Below, piece by piece: positions 1 through 12,599 of a DNA stretch of 64,000 nucleotides. Location: contig OY740800.1 in the NCBI GenBank assembly GCA_963514005.1, positions 31,000,001-31,064,000 of the forward strand, written 5' to 3'. The notes below the pieces were generated by a model, which was not told where the DNA came from, did no database searches, and saw only the letters and a list, made by a program, of their open reading frames with translations. The position numbers were made by a program, and so were the translations under genes. The stretch is from Raja brachyura (taxonomy: Eukaryota). Positions within the stretch are counted from its first letter, which is position 1. Every line of letters begins with the position of its first letter.

Positions 1-199
1 TATGTTTGGGAGGGGAAAGAAGGATGGATGGAAAGAGAGGTTCTTGATCATTACATTCTACACATTGACGGACTTTCCAAACAGATAAATGTTCAGCATC
101 ACAAAGAAAAATGGAAACATAAGATACAAGAATCACCAGGCCATTCTATTAAGGTGTCGCAACCAGGCAGTAAGATGCATTTTCATTTAGTTTCTAATA

Positions 200-352
200 T
201 AACAACATTTAATAGACATATGTGAATAGGAAAGGTTTAGAGGGATATGGGCCAAAACGTGGGCAGGTAGGACTACTGTAAATGGGGTATCTTGGTCGGC
301 ATGGGCAAGTTGGGCTGAAGGGCCTGATTCCATGCTGTACGATGCTATGACT
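200..352 (+). mobile_element. CR1 LINE 3' end fragment
   Basis: tttagagggatatgggccaaa...gggctgaagggcctg...ctatgact tail, which recurs at many positions in the window. Confidence 0.75.
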
Positions 353-3300
353 AATTCATTTTGATGTGTTCAAATCTTAAAACGAATAGGCCCAGTTGTC
401 CTTCGGGCTCTCTCTGCCATCCATCCAAACTCATTCATGGGCACAGTAGCTGACAGAGAAGCTGACCGTTTGTTTGAACCTGTGCCAAACTCACTGGTAA
501 GATTCCAACATGGCAGAGTGGAAATCAAGTGGCCTGGAAGTCTCTCCGATATGACTGAACAAGCTCACTTCCTCTTAATTCAAACCAAAAATGATGATAC
601 ATATACAAATCTGAGAAAACGTCTCTTCAAAGACTTTAAAGTTGACAATTCAGTTAGAAATAAACATCTCTATATTGGCCCTTGATGACTGGAAACTTGG
701 TTGTTACTGGCTGAAATATCAGCAGTATTCGCCAAGATTGACAGGTTATGCTAAAAGATGGCAGGATAAATCCTTAAAGATCCCAAGTGTCACCCAAGCA
801 CAAACACTGTCCATTTTTTGGCCTATGTCCCAAATGGTCGCAGAAAACATTTAGCTCTTCACACCAAGGAGAAATGGGCTGATCCCAAATGTCACTCATC
901 TCAGTATCACACAAGACAAACAGCACAGTTGAATTGGGAAAGGGTGTACCTTTTATATCTAGTAACACAGAAAATATTTGTTTATTCTGGAACACAAGTC
1001 CCAAAGTAATTTGAGATTAACCAAAATGGCACTGTCCAGCAGACTAGTTTACAACATGGTTTTTGCCAGTGCACAATGCTATTTAATTTTGCAGTTCAAG
1101 GAATACTCTCATAATTTGCTCCTTCTATGTTGATCTATTATTCAGGAGACTTCAGTAAATGGTATTGGATCCTTCATGCCTACTTGAAACGTGGGAGGAG
1201 TATCACTCTGTGAAAAACCCTCTGAACTAGCCTTGAGCCAATTCACTTGTACACAATTCACTCAACCAAACCCAGAGAATGTAGACCGTGTATGTGATGG
1301 CATGTGATGCCTCTAGGATGTAACTACCAAGTGGGTGAGAAACAAGAAAACAAACTGCCCATGGTTAATGAATGGGACCCATTTATATACACAAGCACAA
1401 GTTGATTTTATTCACGAGACGGAAAATTACACAATAAAATCACTCAATATGGCAACTGTTAGGTGAGAGGGACAAAGTTTAAAGGAGATTGCGGGGCAAT
1501 TTTTTTTAAATATAAAGAGCGTGGCGAGTGCCTGGACTGCGTTGCAAGGAGTGATGGTTGAAGAGATACAAGTGGGATTTACAAGACTTTGGGATATGGA
1601 TTATGTGCAGGCAAATAAGATTCTGACCTGGCATTGTGATCAGCACACACACACTGTGGGCCGAACTGCCTGTTCTGGTGCTGCTTATACCTCCACAGCA
1701 TTGTAATGAAAGGCATCAAAAGCATAAAGACTGATGAGTGGAGAATGAGATTAAACCAATTCTGCCATTCGTAGGAATGAACATTCGTACATACTTCAGA
1801 CTTCTCAGTTTAATATTATGGGAGGTTGCTCACATGTAGAGGAGGCCACAAATTGGGCATTCGTAACCCAAGGGACGGAAATATTCCACCTCATTCTCAC
1901 TTGGGGTCAAACAGAACAGTGGTTCCACAAGGAAAAACTGAGATATGGGTCCCATGAAACATGATCTCCTGATATCCAAGGACATGTAGTCCTTGTCCTC
2001 ATTAACACCAAGTATGTTTGTTTTGTATCACAGGCAAATGAGCGGCTGAGATTTATTTGTTCCTCCAGGCCAAGTCACTACATGGCTACTCATTCTGTTC
2101 ACTCGTGGGGGAAGACCACTCTAAGCACGCTTGCTGTGCTGGAACCCCCAATGGCCCATTGCACAGATTCAAGTGGGATGAAGGTATAAGGGAGCAATCG
2201 CAATTCTATGAACTTCAATCTCGATGGCAAGTGAAACTTGGTAAACAAAAAAAAGACTGATAACTGACCAAAGGTGACCTGCAATGGACTTGCTTTACAA
2301 ATAAATTGTTTGCAGAAAATGTTAGCATGCAAGGCAATAAAGCTGGCATTAATCTTGCATCTTGCACATTTGTCTAAAAGGCCCTGAAAGGCAATGAAAT
2401 TACTATTTTAAGTAGCTAGAAAGCACAAAATGTGGCAACCAATTTTGAGCAAGCTTGCAGAAACAGGATATGATAATGAAATGAATCCACATCATGATGG
2501 TGTTGGGCAAAGTACAAATATGACAGAGGAACCTTCTGTCCACTTCAAAAAGCAAAAGATCTCTGGGCCCTCCCACGAGGAAAGATGGCTGATTTTAAAG
2601 CTGGCACTTCTAACCATGCATCAACCAAGATTTGTGTTCAAGTCTCTGGAGTGGGAATGGAATACAATCTTTGAATCAGCAGAAAGATTGCCACTGACCA
2701 TATCATAACTGGGAGCATCCCCCCTGATCAAAATGCAGCACAAGACACAAGCTAGAATAATGCAGTGCAGCAGTCTCCATAATGGAGAACAGTCGATTGT
2801 CCGGTTTGACAATACACTGAGGTAACTTGAAGGCCACTTACTGTGATGGAGAAGCTTCAGGTTAGATTTTCAAAACCACAGCATGGTACCAACAAATTGC
2901 CAACTCAACCAAACTATAAATACCATCCAGATGACCTCATGCCTTGCCTTCTTTGAGCTTAGGAATCAAAACCAAATAGGTTGATGAGCAATATCAGCCG
3001 TTTTGTTTCTAAGCACATGGGTCATTCATTCTAAGATTTTGAAAATAAAAGAGGAAATCTCTACATTTGAAAATATATAATAGCCATAAGTAGCACACAC
3101 TCATGATGGGGCTAAGTGAAAGCAAGAACAGTCTTTTTACACAAGAGTATTCTCATTTTACACCATTCACAATGGAGTACTTAATAAATTTAAAGTGGCA
3201 AATGTTAGTTTCCAATAGAAAGTCCCCACTCATAACATGGGATTTCACTGCTTACATCTAAAGGCAGGTGTTCATAGTCCAATCATAGCTCAACATGAAA

Positions 3301-3948
3301 TGGACATTTGCGTAGAGTTGTGTTTCTTTCTGCTCAGTCTAGCGGAACCTCTGATCAATAGGTCAACAAAGCAATAAAACCAGAGATATTGTAATTCACT
3401 TCACAGAACCTCCGTGCAGATCAATGATTGAATTTGTACCACATTCAGCAGTTCCAGTTACATTTTCTTTTGTATTTACAAGATTCTCCACATTCTTTCG
3501 AGGGTTCACAGATATTTAGATAGAACTCGCCTTTGGGCCATTGATCCTTGCCAAATCTTTGACTTTCCAACTGCTCCCCACAATCTCACAGTTTGAGATA
3601 CAAAGCCAATTCTTTTCGGGAATTAATTCATACTGAAGTGAATGCAAGGGGCTATTTCAGTAGAAATACATAATTACTACAACTAAATATGTTTATGTTG
3701 TGCGTGGCTCACATCCTTTTCAGCAGAATGTATGGGTGTGGCTTGTAAACCCCAAATAGGGCTTCAGTAGATTTTTGCGCCTCAATGTTGCCATTGAAGT
3801 TCATTGTCTCTCAGTTTGGGATTCGCCAAGTGAGGACCAAACTAGTCAGTGTAACACTGCTATCTACTATGTAATGCTCCCAAGAAAAAGCAGCATTTCC
3901 ATGACAAATAAAATTCGAGTGATGAACTGCAAAAGTCGGTATATCTAA

Positions 3949-4042
3949 AGACACAAAATGCTAGAATAACCCGGCAGGTTAGGCAGCATTTCAAGAGAGG
4001 AAGGACATGTGACAATTTGGGGTGAGACCCTTCTTCAGACTG
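3949..4042 (-). mobile_element. Penelope-like pseudo-LTR-derived short repeat
   Basis: agacacaaaatgctag...gagacccttcttcagactg; same family as 18331, 44817 and 63138. Confidence 0.65.
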
Positions 4043-4764
4043 TCTTCAGCATTTGTGTAGTAAAACTGTGAGATTTATCTGAAGGGGAAACTGAAGTTCA
4101 TGTATGGATCAACATTTGTTGGAGTGTTAAGGTAATAATGCTAGTGAATGGAAAGACAAATGAAAAATCATTTCAAAAGCATCACCGAAAATATCATGCA
4201 ACAACACTGACTGAACCCATTACAAGCCCCATTTGTAACAGACCTATACCGAGCAGGTCAGATAGATCAATTAAAAACTCTCTCTATGCAATGCACATTT
4301 GGAATGGTAAAATCGAGTAAGTGTATGTTAAAACATACCTTTCCATCACTTCCCACTGGAACCCAAGTAATCAACATCCCAACAAGTCAAACTGTGTAAT
4401 AGAGACCATGAGCCATGCACTATTTCCAGGAGTTCGAGCCAAGCAAACTCTCAGGTGGGCTGGGACTCATTATGACCTGGTTTATCCTGTCCAACAGTGG
4501 AAATCAGAGTAAGTATATCATAAATGAGGAACAGCAACATGTGGCACTCTACCTGCACAAACAATCCCTTCAACACCTGAAATTATGGAACAAAACGATC
4601 CCATGGGTATCAATTTCAAAACCAGAAATCAGAATCAATGTTGATTTTGCCAATCAGTATTATTTCATAATTTGGATGTAGTTCAAATCTGAACCACTGG
4701 ATCCCAACTGGATTGGTACAGGGGTAAAGGAGTGGGCTGAATGGAGATGATCGGTTGGCCTCAC

Positions 4765-4971
4765 CTGTTATAATTGCTGGGTCCATCCAGCTACTCCCAC
4801 TCTCCCAGTTCAGGCTGGTGCTGTTGGCTGAGGTTGTTGCTGCATGGTTCACTGAAGAGCAGGAAGCAGCATTTGGTAGTCCCCCAAAATTGATGTTAAT
4901 ATTTGGTAACAGTGCCCGTAGACCATCCTGCCACTCTTTCACATTTAAACTTGCCACATTACTGCCGCTGT
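4765..4971 (-). CDS. CNOT4: CNOT4 penultimate-type exon (DSGSNVASLNVKEWQDGLRALLPNININFGGLPN...WMDPAIIT)
   Basis: 207 nt. Long U-rich tract ending tttcag|AC, donor CAG|gtgagg. Phase 1 to 1. Carries the conserved KEWQDGLRALLPNININFG and DPAII motifs. Confidence 0.96.
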
Positions 4972-5946
4972 CTGAAAAAAATAAAATAAAATAAAAGGAA
5001 AAACAAAAATTAACTGGGCATTGCCAGATAAGTTTTGGAATTTATTGGTCTCGACTCCATGCCACTTAAGGGGATAGAACATGTTCAACAAACTGTTCAC
5101 ATGCATACAATGACTGCCTAGGTTGAGCTTGCATATACAAATTGCCATTCCTATTATAGGAGACCCTACATTTTCCTCAATGAAGCTGGCGTTCTATTTC
5201 TCTACTAATGGTTACTTGCCGGCTCAAATTGCATTTCATTGGTCTTAAAGCATCCTTAGAATCCCACCTCAAATGTAGTCACAAGGCCCATGCCTATTCT
5301 GTGAACTTGACTCAAGATCACATACTTCCTCATGTCACCCAACACCGCATGGATTGTTTTGACCGAGTGTGCATTCCACCTTCCAAAAGCCATATATGCT
5401 CATCAGTCCTACCATACACAATTCATTATGATTACAACTTATTTAACTATTACATCTGCAATTAAGTCATATGTCGAAAGTAATGCACAATCACCTTACT
5501 TGAAACTGTCAAAAAAAAAACGTGGACTGTATAAACTGCTCACTGTGCAGTTCTTAAAAAGTGTTCAACAAATTAGTTCAGAATAATCAACAGTTAACTT
5601 TATCTACCTTTACAGGCCCAAATAATTTGTCAGAGAACAATTAGTCCATGCTCAGGAGCATAGCAAACTACTATTACCTAATCTAAACTACATACCACCT
5701 GACCATAACTGCTGTGCACCCGAGCTAAGCTCATACTGTTCAACTTTGTAAACCCTAAAACTGGAGATTCCACCAACTGAACTTTCCACTTCCTTTCATC
5801 CCAGAGGATGAGAATGAATGAGCAGATATTTGGATTCCTTCAAAGATGACCTCAAGTTCAATTTACCCTAACTGTCAACACCACTATTACTTCAATGCCA
5901 ATCTGTACTGTACAAACCCAAAACTTGGACCAACAGTTAGTGTTCT

Positions 5947-6084
5947 CGGGTGGGAGAATGCAACCTTCACGTGGTCTGCCCTGTTTCAACGAATGCAATC
6001 AACCTGGCGTGCACAATCAAATAGAACAAGTTCTCCTACAACTTTAGGCTGTGCACGCCATACGCAAGAAGAAGAAGAAGAAAA
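5947..6084 (+). mobile_element. Short non-LTR retroposon 3' end with (GAA)n tail and 12-bp TSD
   Basis: Perfect TSD AGTTAGTGTTCT at 5935-5946 and 6085-6096. Ends ccatacgc(aag)5. Confidence 0.85.
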
Positions 6085-7083
6085 AGTTAGTGTTCTGGAG
6101 CAGTGATCGAAAGACACAATTTGAATAGAACGGCAACGGCACTTAAAATCAATTAATTTAATTTAGAAGCTCATCTCAGTAAACAAGCTATGTGACTACT
6201 GCATTGTCATAAAATGTTGTAAGCAGGGGAAGCCATTCCACAGGTCCACCAATGTAGTTGACGCAGCTCAAGGGCAATTAGTGATGGACATTAACTGTCA
6301 GTATTGCCACATTCACATTCTGGGAACAAATAAATCCTCACTAATTCTACACACAGGTCAGAACTCAATTGGTGATTGTGAGGTGAGGACGTTAATTAAT
6401 TGCTTAACACATTTGATTGGTTGAAAATGAACAAAATCAAGAAAGGTAGGAGATCCACTAAAAGCATGAATAAGATGGACCAAAGGGGCTCGTCTCCATG
6501 CTGTAAAGATCTGTGATCTATCCTTTTTGGCAGCTACAACAACTCCAATTATTAATGCAGATCAAGATGCGCAGTATCCCATGGTGAAAACATAACTATT
6601 CTGCTGTGAGAAATGCAGTTATAGGAACCTACACATCTGACACCAGAAATAATATTTTCGGAAACAAAGTTCTCACAAATAACCTAATAATGTCCACCTA
6701 ATAGGAAATCCGATGTGTACGGACCTCGTGATGGCTCGGCCCCACCGTAATTAACACCCATGAAAATTCTTGTCTTTTCCACCAGAAAGTTAAGGTAGAC
6801 TTGATGCGAACAACAAGTGCAGGAACCAATTGCTTGTAAAATAATGGTGTTCTTAGAGTAGAAACACACATATTTCAAGAGGCTGGGGATGGGTGGGAAA
6901 TAAACGGATGCTTCGCCATCTGAAGACAAAGGTATTTTCAAAACAATGAATAAGTATCCAATAATAAAATACAGCTGATGGGCAAAAGGAAGGTAATTCA
7001 GCTGGGACAGAGAAGCAGGCAGTGCTAGATGGAAGGGATACTTGGAAGATTTCCACAACTGAGGCTATTATGAATATCCCCAA

Positions 7084-8282
7084 CTTCCATATAAATCCTG
7101 TCATGGAGATCCGGCATGCTTGGTGCTTTTCTGAATGCTGCAACTCCATTTGGGGCATCATGGGTGCTCCAAATGTAGGAGCAGAGAGTTGATGGTCATT
7201 ACAGTTAATCAAAGCCAATGGGAAGCCTGGGCAAAAAGAGAATGCTTATTCCATCTATCAAGTACATAAAGTATTTTCATAAAATAAAAATGCAAACTCA
7301 GGCGAAAACATTGTCAATTGAGATGGATTATGAAGAATCCTTATCAAGTTTGGTTATCTCCAAAGGTTCATGAGCGTCCAATTTTTGCAACATGACGACT
7401 TGTTAATCATGATCCCAAACCACAGATATATCAGAGTGCACGATGGCTATGCCGGTCGCACCAATCCTCTTCTTGACGTTTGTTGCGATATTGCACCTTA
7501 CCTTTCACAAGCTTCCTGCTGGGGTAGAGCTAATTTAAAAGTTGAACAGGAAAATGTTCAAGCTTCATCTCGACTTCAGCACCAGGTACACCTCAGTCAG
7601 AGTTACAGTATACAATGCTTGTATGTATGTACACATTAAATGGCATGATATGGTGGACTTGTTCGCTGATCCTGACAAGAGAATGGGGGTTACACAAAGA
7701 TAGAAAGATCCTTACCACCCTGCATATATCTTACAACATCATCCCTTCTCTCCAACAACCTCCACCTTTAAAGAAACTCTGGAAAACGTGCATCACTTTC
7801 CATACCTTGAGAGCCATTTCACAGATAAGGCAGATATTGCGAAATGCACTTCAGCCAAATGAGGAAAAATATAATCGGAAACAAAGCCCTTAATCCCAGC
7901 ATTGTCTACTAAACAATGATTACTGCTATGTGGTAAACTTTGAACAATCTGCTGTTGGAATTACAAAGAGGTATCACCCTTGACTTCACAATATCTTCTA
8001 AATCCATTATCAGAGAGGTCAAGATCAAAACCTTGACCCAGGCCAATACAAAGATCTTGACTGTACTTTACCAGCTCTGCCAGATATCAGAAACTAGCAC
8101 TCTTCACCAAGCTCCATCACTCCAATATTCCACAAGAGCAGAGAGAACAAGTATACTCTCAAAATGTCTGAATAACTGTAATGGTCATGAATTCCCTGCT
8201 CTCATGGCGCCCCAAATGGAGTAGCAGCAGTCAGAAAAGCACCAAGCATGCCAGATATCCATGACAGGAGCTACATGGAAAT
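7084..8282. repeat. Long-range inverted repeat (arms about 7084-7211 and 8169-8282)
   Basis: Reverse complement of the left arm (tgattaactgtaatgaccatc...ccccaaatggagttgcagcattcagaaaagcaccaagcatgccggatctccatgacagga) aligns with the right arm (tgaataactgtaatggtcatg...ccccaaatggagtagcagcagtcagaaaagcaccaagcatgccagatatccatgacagga). Confidence 0.92.
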
Positions 8283-8374
8283 TATGAGGAAAGGCAGCAA
8301 ACAACATTTGATACAATCCACTTGGCCCATCATGTCACTTAACCCACCTACAGCAGGATTCTTAACTGTACGTT

Positions 8375-8528
8375 AGGTTGGTTTAGAGAAACTGCACAGA
8401 AACAGGCCCTTCAGCCCAACCGAGTCTGCTCCAACCAACGATTCCCACACACTAACATTATCCTACAACACTAGGGACAATTTACATTTATACCAAGCCA
8501 ATTAACCTACAAACCTGTACGTCTTTAG
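8375..8528 (-). mobile_element. HE1/V-SINE 3' part
   Basis: aaacaggcccttcagccc...ctagggacaattt...attaacctacaaacctgtacgtcttt is the reverse of the V-SINE body seen at 23770. Confidence 0.75.
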
Positions 8529-8854
8529 AGTACAGTCATACTCCTCAGTCATCTCAGAATTTACAGAAAGTATGCAATCTTTCTCCAGAAATCATTTGAC
8601 TACTTACTTCATTTTTAAATTAGTGGATGATTTCAGCTTGTCTGAATTTTTAACCATTTTATTTTCTAAAAACAATACACAGATCCTTGAGGAAGGAATC
8701 TTCAATGCTGCAGGTCAATTGCTTTTAGTTGGTTGAAAAGTCTTCCTTCTGTCTCCTCCCCCCCACCCACCCTAACTGTCCATAGCCCCAACCCTCCCCC
8801 CCCAATCCTTATCACTCAATACTAATTCAATCTTCATTTCAGAATCCATAAATT

Positions 8855-9548
8855 GGAGGTGTAAAGGGACTTAGGAGTATTGGTGCAGGATTCCCAAAAA
8901 GTTGATCTGCAAGTCGAATCAATAGTCAAAAAAAGCAAACTCAATGCTAGCATTTATTTCAAGAGGGCTTGTATACAAAAAGAGGGATGTAATGCTGAGG
9001 CTCTATATGGCCACATTTGGAATATTGAGCAGTTCTGGGCACCATATCTGAGAAAGGATGTGCTGGCTCCCAAGAGGGTCCAGAGAGATTTACAAGAACT
9101 ATCCCAGGAATGAGTAGGTTAACCTATGACGAGCGTTAGTTGGCATTAGGCCTGTACTCATTGGAGTTTAGAAGAATGAGGGGGGGGACCTCATTGAAAC
9201 ATACAGAATGGTGAAAGGCTTGAATAGGGTGGATGCGGAGAGGATGTTTCCACTAGTGGGAGAGACAGAACTACATGACGTTCTTTTAGGAAGGAGATGA
9301 GGAGAAATGTCTTTGGTCAGAGGGTGGTGAATCTGTGGAATTCTTTGCCACAGAAAGCTGTGAAGACCAAGTCAGTGGATATTTTTAAGGTAGAGAGCGA
9401 TAGATTCTTGATTAGTACAGGTTAGGGGTTATGGGGAGAAGGCAGGAGAATGGGGTTAGGAGGGAGAGATAGATCAGCCAAGATTGAATGGCGGAGTAGA
9501 CTTGATGTGCCAAATGGCCTAATTCTACTTCTATCACTTATGACCTTA
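8855..9548 (+). mobile_element. CR1 LINE 3' fragment (RT C-terminus plus 3' UTR)
   Basis: ORF 8880 includes QFWAPYLRKDVLA.KRVQR, followed by a typical CR1 3' UTR and tail. Confidence 0.88.
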
Positions 9549-12500
9549 TAGCCTTCATTTCCACACCATAATCCTGTTTATCTGGTCAAAGTAGGATTCT
9601 AAGACATTTTCATTTTGCAGCTATTTAATACTGCCAAACTTATACAACGTATAAGAAATTGAAACACAAGCAAAATAGTATTGATTACTCCAACTACCAA
9701 GAACATTGGAATGAGAGTTTGTTCCATTTCACTGGTGACTTTGTTAACGGTCAATTCTGCCTGCCCCGATCCATCTGATAATTACACTGTACACAAAGGA
9801 ACTGAATTTCAAACACAATCATTTGAAGTGTCAACATAAATCACAAGGTTACACAATGACTATAAATGCCAGTATTGCAAAGGGTAGAGATCCAGCTGGC
9901 TCTGCTGTTCGTCAAATCATTTCAAGCAACATTAATATTCAGAAATGAGAGGTGAAATAATGGCTCTAAGTTTCAAACAGCTAAGGCACTGCCAGGAAAA
10001 GTGTCTGCTCAGGAATAGGAATGTTGACTGGAGAAAAGGAGCAATAAAGGGGAGGGATGTGCAAAATTCCAGCGAATTAGACCATAGGTTGCTGTCACTG
10101 ATGCAACTGAGGAAGATTAAATAGATAAGAGGCGTAGGACTGGAGGGCTGAAGCCTGCGATATCAGTTTGCAAGAGGAATGATGAAACATAACTACTGGA
10201 TCTCAGGAAGTTGGAATGCTATGAGCTCTAACTGGGACCAAGTTGGGAGCATCGAGTGCAGTTCCTTTCACCACATTATAAGGTGATGGCTCCAGTAAGG
10301 ATAGTGAGGAGATTTGCAAAGTTGGTACCAGATTTGGAGAAGCTAAGTTATGAAGAACAATTGGTTATGCAGCTGATAAGAAAGATAGAGATGTATACAT
10401 TTATAGGGTCATGGACAGTGTGTAAAAGACCCATTTTCCTGTCAGAGCACTCAAATACATGAACATCATTGAATCAAAGCAAAGATCAAAGGGGAGTCAA
10501 AGATAAATTATGATCACAGAAATGGGGATTGAGGTTTGGAACTCGCAAGAATGGAGGCAAAATACTTTACATTTTAAATTAGTTGGATGATCATTTGAGA
10601 CATGACCTACAAGCCAGGTGGAAAGTTTTAAGTAATAGAGCTATTTGGACTAATTTTGTGATGGCATGAGAGGAAGTAGTAGCAACCCCTCAGTGTCTGT
10701 TCTGTCATTCAACAAAACCATGGTTGATGCTGTGTCTTGTCTAATGTACCCCTGTGCACTAGATCCTTGGATTTGTTTGGTGTCCAAAAGTCAATCTTAG
10801 CCTTGAAAATACTGAGTGACAAAGAATCCACATCCCTATTAGAATAGAATGCCTTTTATTGTCATTCAAACAATGGCTATTGTTAGAAGCCATTGCATAA
10901 AGTATGTTCTCACCTCAGCCATAGATGGTCAACCCCCTTAACCCAAGACTCTGCCCTCAAGTTCTCGACTCTCCAGCCTCTCTGCACATTAACTGTTACT
11001 TTCACAGAATTGTACACTGCCAATCTAATTTCCCCAATGAAATTACATATTCAATTCCAGTGACTATAGATCAACGTTACAATTTCTCCACAAAATACAC
11101 TACTCATTTTTGGAAAACAGAAGCACTGTTCAGACAGCCTGTAACGTTGATACTAGCCTGTAACATTAACTCTGATTCTTTTTCCATTAATGTTGTCTGA
11201 CCTGCTGTTTCCAGCATTTTGTTTTATTATTTCAGATTTCCAGTGTATGCAGTTTTTTGGGTGTCAATCTCATCTAATTTAATCCATCTGGGAAAAATAC
11301 TCCAGTGACTGAAGCATGCGTTCGTTCTTTGTACAAGGTGACCAAACACTGTACATATTTTAAATGAAACCCAATCAAAGTTCATTACTTTTGTACGAAT
11401 GCCTGGGTTGTAAAAATGAAGATACTTGACTTCATAACTGCTTTCAACACCTGGACTTTCACATTTTGAGAACAAGCACATCACATTACCTGTTAACTGT
11501 TATAAATCTTTACTAAATTTGTTTGCATAATTTCATATTTTCCAAAATGACAATTAATTTGCCACCTTTTTGCCCATTTGCAAATCTTCAGTTTTTCACA
11601 CCATTCTTTGAGCTGATGGCCACCTTTTCCAGCAGCAAATGTAGATACTCACTTACACACCAGTGTTCCACACCAGCGTTTTTCAGGTTTATACCTCCTT
11701 TCCTATTTTGTCCAAAGATGATTTTGTCTTTGCTTTCTGAACATCTTCTGCTTAGTGTATTCAATTCCCAACTTTGGTCATCTTGCAGCTTCAAGTCTAT
11801 CCTGCTACAAGGCGAGGAGCTTTCAGTAGCCTTGTTTGAGATATTTTCACATTCAGACACATTTCTTAAACTATGTTTCCTGTATTGACCATCAACCATC
11901 GCCTTTTTATCATGGGGCGTTCACGTGTCATTTCATTGTTGACCACTGAAGCAGATAATTTGATCCAAAATTACTTTCCTTTTTAAGACATTGAAGCATT
12001 TAATATTAATCTACATTAATAATAATCCAAAATGGACCCTATTTGGACTTTTCCCCCACAATTCATTTCACAAGATCCACCCTGCACCTCCGCCAGAACA
12101 TTGTCCCCCAAAGACAGGTCTTTCAATTAGCATTTTTTCAGGATCTGGCAGTCACAGAAGAGTGTTTGAAAATGTGCTTGGTTGCCACCTCCTTAAAACT
12201 CTGCAGTCCTTCTGAGGAAGATATTGTCACATTAGTTTGGGTAGAAGCTTCAGGATTTCAATCCAGTGACACTGAAGAAAAGAACGCATTTGGGTGCAGG
12301 ATAACCAGCCGGTTCTATTGAAGTGGCCAGTGAGAGCAATGGCATGCATGTTGTCAATGATAAACACCGCAGTCATCTTGTGCTGGAGGTGGAGGGAATA
12401 AATGTTGTGCGGGGGAATGGAGTGCAAATCAAGTGAGCTGCTTTATTCAAGCTGCACTCATCTAGACAAGTAGAGGCAATTTCCTGCAGATATAAAGTAC

Positions 12501-12599
12501 TTATTTGGTACCTTGCCTACAAGCATACATTTCCTCTGTTATCCTTGTGGTTCAACCAGCTCTCTCTCTCCTTACCCTCTTTTTAATGTCATACCAACA

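Noticed and set aside
1-4700. Terminal CNOT4 exon (DDNPPHWLKSLQ-type sequence)
   Set aside because: Not found by eye on the minus strand; presumably lies left of the window.
11523-11899. Overlapping 121-aa and 103-aa ORFs
   Set aside because: They look like decayed LINE sequence with no splice or domain support, as do most other short ORFs in the track.
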